DNA of 64,000 nt from an uncultured Bacillota bacterium (lineage in GTDB: Bacteria > Bacillota > Clostridia > Christensenellales > UBA1242), in NCBI GenBank assembly GCA_938034555.1, contig CALHLT010000015.1, positions 4,786 through 68,785 of the forward strand. The letters run 5' to 3'. Shown here in pieces: positions 58,082 to 64,000 of this stretch (position 1 is the first letter of the stretch; the number at the start of each line of letters is the position of its first letter). A program made the position numbers and the translations under genes. Below the pieces are notes generated by a model. The model did no database searches, was not told where the DNA came from, and saw nothing but the letters and a program-made list of their open reading frames with translations.

Positions 58082-58765
58082 ATGGAACAAGAAAAAATTT
58101 ATGGGGAACAACCAGCAGAAAGCGAGCAAGCACAAGAAGGAATTGATGAGAAAGAAGAAAATGAAAAAGACGGTGCCTCTACGTCGCAAAGCGGCTCCCA
58201 ATTTGGCAAATTCTCTTGCGCGGAAGATTTAGTTAATGCATATAACAATCTTCAAGCGGAGTTTACGAGAAAATGTCAAAAACTTAGCGAAATTCAAAAA
58301 CAAATTGCCGAAAAGGAAATTGAAGAAACTTCTTTGCAAAAAGATGAACCAGAAGAAATTTCTCCGGCGTTTGAACAAGACAACTGGCAAACAAAAGTTG
58401 CAGAGTTTTTGCAAAAAAACGATAGTGCAAAAGAATTTTCGCGCGAGATTTCAAATGAAATTTTGAAAGATAAAGACCTTCAAGCTTCGCCAGATATGCT
58501 TGAAGTTGCTTGGGCAAGGGTCCTTTCAAAAGTGTTTAAAACACCAAAACAAATGGCGCAAGAAAGTTCGTTTATGGAAGAGTTTGTCCTTTCAAACGAC
58601 GAAGTTAAAAAGCGAGTTTTGGGGTCTTATTTAAATGAGATTAGAAGCGCGCCAAATGTTATTGGAAGCAGCACTCGCGGAGGCGAAACCTTGTTTAAGA
58701 GAGTTTCAAAGCCAACATCGCTTAATGACGCAAAAGCGTTGGCGGAGAAATTATTAAAAACTTAA
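58082..58765 (+). CDS. capsid scaffolding protein (by position and composition)
   Basis: 227 aa, acidic and helical, between portal and coat. Confidence 0.55.
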   Translation: MEQEKIYGEQPAESEQAQEGIDEKEENEKDGASTSQSGSQFGKFSCAEDLVNAYNNLQAEFTRKCQKLSEIQKQIAEKEIEETSLQKDEPEEISPAFEQDNWQTKVAEFLQKNDSAKEFSREISNEILKDKDLQASPDMLEVAWARVLSKVFKTPKQMAQESSFMEEFVLSNDEVKKRVLGSYLNEIRSAPNVIGSSTRGGETLFKRVSKPTSLNDAKALAEKLLKT

Positions 58766-58872
58766 TTTAATTAAAAAAAACTTAAAAATTTAAGTAAAAA
58801 ACATTAAAAAACATGATTTTTTGATGTTTTTTCTTTAAATTGCGTTAGAAAAAATTTTGATGGAGGGAAAAA

Positions 58873-60117
58873 ATGGTTTCATTAACAAGTGCTAGCAACG
58901 CATTAAAAAATGTTTATTTAGGCGTTGTTGCAAACCAACTTAACACAAATGCAAACCCACTTCTTGGAAGAATTGAACAATCAACTTCCGATGTTTGGGG
59001 AAAGCAAATTATTAAACTTGCGCCATTTGGAATTAATGGCGGAATTGGGGCTGGAACAGAAACAGGAACTTTGCCAATTGCAGCAGAAAATCAATATGTT
59101 CAATTTGTTACAGACCTTAAAAACTTATACGGAAAAATTTCAATTTCCGATAAAGCAATGAGAGCTTCGGCAAACAGCGCAGGCGCTTTCGTTAACCTTT
59201 TAAACGCAGAAATGGAAGGGCTTGTTAAAGCAAGCAGCTTCAATTTTGGACGTATGCTTTATGGCGACGGCAGCGGCTTATTAGCAACTGTTTCAAGTTT
59301 CAGCTCTTCCGACGGAGCAATTTCTGTTGACAGCGTTCGCAACCTTATTGAAGGAATGGTTGTTGACGTTTATAACGGAACAACAAAAGTTGAAGCATCA
59401 AGCGGAAAGAGAATTAAGTTTGTTGACAGAGTTAACAAAAAATTCTATCTTGACGCAACAGCAAGTTCTTTAACTTTTGCTCAAAATTACACAATTTTTG
59501 TTCAAAATTCAAAAGGACTTGAAATAACAGGTCTTGGCGCAATTTTTGGCGAAGGAACAACTCTTTATGGGTTAACAAAATCTAACTATCCTTGGCTTTC
59601 ACCTTATAAAGATTCAACAGAAAAAGAAATTTCTGACGAAACAATTCAAGCGGGCTTGGACAGTTTGGAAGAAACAGGCGGGCTTAGCGCTAACTTCATA
59701 ACTTGCTCAAGAACTGTTAGAAAAGCATATCAAACATATTTGTCATATTTCAAGAGAAACATTGATGTTATGGATCTCGCAGGCGGATATAAAGCAATAA
59801 CATACAACGGAATTCCAGTTTTTGCAGATAGATTTGTTAAAGACGACGAAATGTATTTGCTTAACACCGACGAATTTACTTTGCATCAACTTTGCGATTG
59901 GAAATGGCTTGAAGGCGACGACGGAAAAGTTATTAAACAAAATCCAAACGAAGCAACATATTGCGCAACTCTTGTTAAATATGCCGACTTAATTTGCAAC
60001 AAACCAAACGCACAAGGAAAAATCTCTGGAATTAAATCCACTGTAACAAATCCTTTCAAGTCGACAACAATTGTTGAAACACCTTCAACAAACACAAACG
60101 CAGGCAACGGCGAATAG
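58873..60117 (+). CDS. major capsid (coat) protein
   Basis: 414 aa. Lies after the scaffold gene with a strong SD GGAGGG. The N-terminal LKNVYLGVVANQLNTNANPLL pattern resembles P22-coat-like MCPs of Firmicute phages, from memory. Confidence 0.75.
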   Translation: MVSLTSASNALKNVYLGVVANQLNTNANPLLGRIEQSTSDVWGKQIIKLAPFGINGGIGAGTETGTLPIAAENQYVQFVTDLKNLYGKISISDKAMRASANSAGAFVNLLNAEMEGLVKASSFNFGRMLYGDGSGLLATVSSFSSSDGAISVDSVRNLIEGMVVDVYNGTTKVEASSGKRIKFVDRVNKKFYLDATASSLTFAQNYTIFVQNSKGLEITGLGAIFGEGTTLYGLTKSNYPWLSPYKDSTEKEISDETIQAGLDSLEETGGLSANFITCSRTVRKAYQTYLSYFKRNIDVMDLAGGYKAITYNGIPVFADRFVKDDEMYLLNTDEFTLHQLCDWKWLEGDDGKVIKQNPNEATYCATLVKYADLICNKPNAQGKISGIKSTVTNPFKSTTIVETPSTNTNAGNGE

Positions 60118-60145
60118 TTTAAACAAAAAATAAGGAGCTTTAAAA

Positions 60146-60478
60146 ATGCTTGTTGAAATTTTGAATGACGTGTTTTTTATTGGAGCAAGACTTAAAGAAA
60201 TTGATGATGACTATAAAATTTTCTATAACACAAAAAAACAAAAGTTTGAAATTCATTGCATGGGGCAAATTGGGGGCAGTTATTGTTTAACTGTCCCTTA
60301 TGCTTGCCTTGACGCAAGAACAATTGAGTTTGTTAGGAAAACGAGAGTTGAAAACAGAGAAAAACTTATTGATGAAATTGATAAAGAAAACTTAAAAAAT
60401 CAAGAAAAAAACGAAAAAACAATATTAAACGAAGCAAAAGACAAATTATTTGAACAAATTAAATACTCAAAACTTTAA
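60146..60478 (+). CDS. hypothetical phage-module protein (110 aa)
   Basis: SD AAGGAG. No motif recognised. Confidence 0.55.
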   Translation: MLVEILNDVFFIGARLKEIDDDYKIFYNTKKQKFEIHCMGQIGGSYCLTVPYACLDARTIEFVRKTRVENREKLIDEIDKENLKNQEKNEKTILNEAKDKLFEQIKYSKL

Positions 60479-60492
60479 AAGGAGGATTAGAA

Positions 60493-61062
60493 ATGACAAT
60501 TAAAAGCATTTTGAAAACCGCTTGCATTTTTCTTCAAAAAGACGAACTTCTTTCGGTTCAAAGTCTTGACGGAACAGAAACCGAAACCGACGAGCAAACA
60601 AAAGAGTTAAGCCTTCTTCTAAGATGTCTTAATCTTGTTTTAAGCGAAATTGCAACAGACTACATTCCGCTTTTGAAAACCGAAACAGTTTCTTCAACTG
60701 ACGGGAAAATTTTGCTTTCATCTCTTTCAAAAGATGTTTTGGACATTGTTAAAGTTGAAAACAAATTTATGCTTTCCGAGCCATATAAGTTGTTCCCAGA
60801 CAGCATTGAAACAATCCCAGGCGAAGTTAAAATTACATATTCATATGAACCGGCAAAACTTGAAAGTTTAACAAGCGAAATTGAAAACTTTTCGGGCAAA
60901 TTAACCGACAGGCTTGTTGCTTATGGTGTTGCCATGGAATATTGTTTCATTTGCGGTCTTCACGACGACGCATCAATTTGGGAAAAGCGTTTTAAAGACG
61001 GTTTGTTAATTGCAGCAAGAAAAAAATCCACAATTCGTCTTCCAAAACGGAGGTGGATTTAA
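60493..61062 (+). CDS. head-tail adaptor-like protein (P22 gp4 position), 189 aa
   Basis: Assigned only by synteny and size. SD AGGAGG. Confidence 0.35.
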   Translation: MTIKSILKTACIFLQKDELLSVQSLDGTETETDEQTKELSLLLRCLNLVLSEIATDYIPLLKTETVSSTDGKILLSSLSKDVLDIVKVENKFMLSEPYKLFPDSIETIPGEVKITYSYEPAKLESLTSEIENFSGKLTDRLVAYGVAMEYCFICGLHDDASIWEKRFKDGLLIAARKKSTIRLPKRRWI

Positions 61063-62573
61063 TGATTTATAAAAATGAACTTCTTTTAAAAAATAAAATA
61101 ACAAAAAAACTTTCTCTTTCAACTTTTAAGCATGGAATTAACACGGAAACCGATGAAAGTTCGCTTCCATATAACTATGCAAAAGTTTCCTATAACTATA
61201 ATTTCAATCGCGGAGAACTTAAAACTGGAACAGGTTTTAAGATTTTAACGCTTCCGCAAACAAACACGGCAAACGCAACGATGCGCGAACTTCAAATTCT
61301 TGACGAATATACAAACCTTAACAAACTTTGGCTTTTTCCATACTATGACACAACATTCAACTATCGCGACCATATGCTTGTTTTAAGTTTCGATAACCTT
61401 GTTGAGTATGTTAAGATCATTGGAATTAACCCAGTTTTCAGCAACATCGACCTTAACGGAACGCTTCAATTCACATCAGAGCCAAGCGCTGTTTACTATA
61501 ACATTAACGGAACTGATGTTATGCTTGTAAGTTCGCCAACCGACGGAATGTTTAAGTTCCAACCGGCAACTTCAAGCGAACTTCTTGCGTCTGCGCCAAA
61601 AATTATTTCAATTTGCCGTCACTATGAGCGTGTTTTCGCAATTGAGGAAGGAAAACGAAACAAACTTGTTTTCAGCGCCAACCTCGACCCAACAAACTGG
61701 GATATGAATCTTGACAATGCAGGCTATATTGAAATTATTGACGACCGCGGATGTTTGCAAAAAGTTGTTAGTTTTAACGACTATGTTTACATATTCAAAG
61801 AATATGGAATTTCGCGTCTTTCGGCTTATGGAGACCAATCGGAATTCAGTTTGTCGAGTATGTTTGTTACAAGCGGAAAAATTTATGGAAATTCAGTTTG
61901 TGTTTGCGGGGACAGAATTATGTTCCTTGCGCGCGACGGAATCTATTCGTTTGACGGATATTCCGCAACAAAACTTTCGCTTAACATTGAATCGATGTTT
62001 GAAGACAACAACGACAAATGTTGCAGCGCATATCACAACGGAAAATATTACCTTGGTTGCCGTCTTAAATATGACGACAGCGAAGTTGTTGGGTGCGAAG
62101 CATTTTCGGGCGGATATATTAACAACTCTTTAATTGAACTTGACCTTAAAACGGGAGACATTAGTTTAACGCGCGGAGTTGATTTAAAAGATATGTGTTC
62201 AATTGAATATGAAACAGTTAATAAGCTTGCGGTTCTTTTTAACAATGAGCACAAGAAAAAACTTGGGGAAATGGACGCAAGTGGCGCAATTTTTGGTGTT
62301 CCGCTTAAAAAGATTTGGACTTCGCCATACACGAACTTGGGATATCCCGACAAAACTAAAAAAATAACAAAATTTACACTTGTTGCAAAGGAAAATTGCA
62401 AAGTTATCATCAAAACAGATCTTGAAACAAAAACATTCGAGGTGAAGGGGAAAAATTCAACCTCGGTTATCTATCCAAATTTAAAAGGCGAAATGTTTCA
62501 ATTTTCCCTTGAAACCGACGGCAGTCTTGCATCAATTGCCTGCCCGGAAATTACGATTGATATAAGCCGATGA
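61062..62573 (+). CDS. tail hub / stabilisation-like protein (P22 gp10 position), 503 aa
   Basis: Assigned by synteny and size. Beta-rich sequence. TAATG overlap with the upstream gene; the ORF track GTG 61053 is the alternative start. Confidence 0.35.
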   Translation: MIYKNELLLKNKITKKLSLSTFKHGINTETDESSLPYNYAKVSYNYNFNRGELKTGTGFKILTLPQTNTANATMRELQILDEYTNLNKLWLFPYYDTTFNYRDHMLVLSFDNLVEYVKIIGINPVFSNIDLNGTLQFTSEPSAVYYNINGTDVMLVSSPTDGMFKFQPATSSELLASAPKIISICRHYERVFAIEEGKRNKLVFSANLDPTNWDMNLDNAGYIEIIDDRGCLQKVVSFNDYVYIFKEYGISRLSAYGDQSEFSLSSMFVTSGKIYGNSVCVCGDRIMFLARDGIYSFDGYSATKLSLNIESMFEDNNDKCCSAYHNGKYYLGCRLKYDDSEVVGCEAFSGGYINNSLIELDLKTGDISLTRGVDLKDMCSIEYETVNKLAVLFNNEHKKKLGEMDASGAIFGVPLKKIWTSPYTNLGYPDKTKKITKFTLVAKENCKVIIKTDLETKTFEVKGKNSTSVIYPNLKGEMFQFSLETDGSLASIACPEITIDISR

Positions 62574-62632
62574 ACCTTGAAAATATAAGACTTAAAAACA
62601 TTGAAAATTTCAACAATCTAGGAGGAGTTAAA

Positions 62633-63559
62633 ATGGCCGAATATAAAAGCACAAGTTCCAAAAGTGATTTTGAAAAAGAAAAAGAAGAAACTTTTTCAAA
62701 ACTTCAAGAAATTGATAAAAAATATTCAAAAGAGACTTTTTCGCCAAAAGAAATTCAATCGCTTGGCTTAGAGAAAAAAGAATTTAATGCGCCAAGCGAA
62801 GATGAAATTAAAGCCGAAGCGGAAAACACTCTTAAAGATGAAAGAGAAAACGAAAGACAAAAACTTGAATCTTCATTCTTAAACAAATTTTCAAAATTGG
62901 AAGCAAAAATTGAGGACGCCGGAGATGAAAAAGAGGAATCAATTGAAGATGCTTTCAAAAATTATAAATCATCGCTAAGAAAAACAACCAACAGTTCGAT
63001 TAAGCAAGGAATTTCGCGTTCGTCAATTTTTAACGAAGCGGTTAAGGCAATTGAAGGAACAAAAGACGAACAGATTAGTTCCGCAATAAGCGAGTTTAAC
63101 AAAAACATCGAGCGCCTTTCGGGCGAAAAAGAGGTTTTGGAAATGCAAAAACAAAACGCTCTTGATGGGTTCGATATTTCATATGCAGTTAAACTTGAAA
63201 ATAAAATTGCAAAAATTAACAGCGAAATTTCGAGGCAACAGAAGGAAGTTGACAACTTCAACAAAGAAATTGACCGCAAGGAAAAAGAGTTTGTTGCGGC
63301 GCAAGAAAAAGGAAATAGCAAAGAGCAAAAACGCGTTGAAACCCATAATAAAAACCTTGAAAAACAGATTGAGAAACTTGGGAAAGATGGCGTTTTAAAT
63401 CAAATGCATTCTGAAAAGTATGATGTTGTTTTAAACTATTTAATGAAACTTCCAAAAGAGGTTGCGCTTAATGAACTTCAAAAAGACAATAGATATGAAA
63501 TGCTTTTAAGCAATTATTATCCTGCTGTTTATGCACAAATTTTAAACAGAAAGGAATAG
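62633..63559 (+). CDS. coiled-coil protein (P22 gp26 needle/plug position), 308 aa
   Basis: Long E/K heptad-like sequence. AGGAGG precedes ATG 62633. The ATGA-coupled start at 62570 is the alternative. Confidence 0.45.
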   Translation: MAEYKSTSSKSDFEKEKEETFSKLQEIDKKYSKETFSPKEIQSLGLEKKEFNAPSEDEIKAEAENTLKDERENERQKLESSFLNKFSKLEAKIEDAGDEKEESIEDAFKNYKSSLRKTTNSSIKQGISRSSIFNEAVKAIEGTKDEQISSAISEFNKNIERLSGEKEVLEMQKQNALDGFDISYAVKLENKIAKINSEISRQQKEVDNFNKEIDRKEKEFVAAQEKGNSKEQKRVETHNKNLEKQIEKLGKDGVLNQMHSEKYDVVLNYLMKLPKEVALNELQKDNRYEMLLSNYYPAVYAQILNRKE

Positions 63560-63565
63560 TATGAA

Positions 63566-63991
63566 ATGTGGCAAGACATTTTAAATATTGTTATTTCAAA
63601 CGGAATTTTTGCAACGCTTTTTGTGTGCCTTTTGGCATATTTGCTTAAGGACAGCGCAAAACGCGAAGATAAATACACCCAAACTATAAATTCTCTTAAC
63701 AAAAGTGTTAACGAAATTCGTCAAGCAAACGAAAAAGTTGACGAAATTAAAGAAGATGTTGGGGAGATTAAAGATTCTTCGAAAGAAAGCAAAAAAAATA
63801 TTTCTTTGGTTGCAAACGCAACAAAGGAAATCCAAGGAAAACTTGAACAAACAAGCTCCTCAATTTCGTCAATTAACGAAAACTTGAAAACGCACAGCAA
63901 ACTTATCAAAAAAGTTTCAAGAGATGTTAAGGGTGTTAAAAATGATGTTAAAGAAATTAAGAAAGTTGTTTTTCCAAAGGAGGAGTTATGA
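63566..63991 (+). CDS. BhlA/UviB-family holin-like protein with coiled-coil tail (141 aa)
   Basis: The N-terminus ILNIVISNGIFATLFVCLLAYLLKDSAKREDKY resembles the BhlA/UviB TM-plus-KxSxxRE motif. Confidence 0.55.
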   Translation: MWQDILNIVISNGIFATLFVCLLAYLLKDSAKREDKYTQTINSLNKSVNEIRQANEKVDEIKEDVGEIKDSSKESKKNISLVANATKEIQGKLEQTSSSISSINENLKTHSKLIKKVSRDVKGVKNDVKEIKKVVFPKEEL

Positions 63992-64000
63992 AAAATAAAT

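Larger units (their letters stand above)
55777..64000 (+). mobile_element. phage-derived capsid/neck gene module in P22-like order, continuing past the window end
   Basis: Co-directional, tightly packed genes with strong SDs and TAATG/ATGA overlaps. A further gene starts at 63988 (AGGAGG, ATGA overlap). Confidence 0.75.

Noticed and set aside
1-64000. The idea that the whole window is a jumbo phage or phage-plasmid, because terminase, portal, capsid, tRNAs, dnaB and chaperones co-occur.
   Set aside because: Ribosomal proteins S21/L21/L27 with Prp, PlsY, FeFe-hydrogenase, FeoAB, Der, TypA, NrdR, flotillin and CIRCE/HrcA regulation indicate a cellular chromosome. The phage-like genes occupy only two discrete loci.
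1-64000. Search for CRISPR arrays, IS elements or transposases, integrases, rRNA genes, group I/II introns, reverse transcriptases and inteins.
   Set aside because: No regularly spaced direct repeats occur outside coding repeats. No DDE, serine or tyrosine recombinase or RT motifs were seen in any listed ORF. DnaB and the terminase are of normal length.

Overview
This 64 kb window looks like a chromosomal segment of a low-GC, Gram-positive (Clostridia-like) anaerobe. All calls are by eye from motifs, gene order and hand-folded hairpins. No BLAST, HMM or folding software was available, so small-feature coordinates may be off by 1-3 nt.

The lineage call rests on AddAB, RNase J, Prp-processed L27, a CIRCE/HrcA-controlled hrcA-grpE-dnaK-dnaJ operon, a YlmC/YmxH sporulation-family gene, an [FeFe]-hydrogenase next to rubrerythrin, and near-consensus sigma-A promoters (TTGACA-17-TATAAT).

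Recognisable core genes are rpsU, addB/addA, dnaB, rnj, nrdR, feoAB, typA, tRNA-Gln, tRNA-His, der, plsY, mtaB, a HIT-family gene, rplU-prp-rpmA, ogg, and nfeD-floA.

Five things are worth following up:
1. A phage P22-order capsid/neck module runs from 55.8 kb past the window end (TerS-like, portal, scaffold, coat, adaptor-like, hub-like, coiled-coil, BhlA-like holin). It starts directly after core genes, has no lysogeny or replication genes upstream, and has no large terminase in the expected slot.
2. An apparently intact large terminase sits alone 36 kb upstream, near a sigma-region-4/Xpf-like regulator. Together with item 1 this suggests a dispersed, possibly domesticated (GTA-like) particle system, or alternatively a rearranged prophage remnant.
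3. A ~145-nt structured 5' leader occurs twice, at 17.0 kb and 48.8 kb, with conserved blocks, identical spacing and compensatory helices. It precedes the sigma-like regulator gene and an HExxH-protein operon, so it may be an undescribed cis-regulatory RNA.
4. A membrane-anchored coiled-coil protein carries eight AT-hook (RGRP) repeats.
5. Smaller oddities: a Cys-rich GrpE N-terminus, a gene inserted between dnaK and dnaJ, a Cys-containing sORF upstream of a 1469-aa BspA-type LRR surface protein, a candidate sRNA between ogg and nfeD, and G-tract and extreme-AT spacers.

No CRISPR array, transposase, integrase or rRNA was seen.
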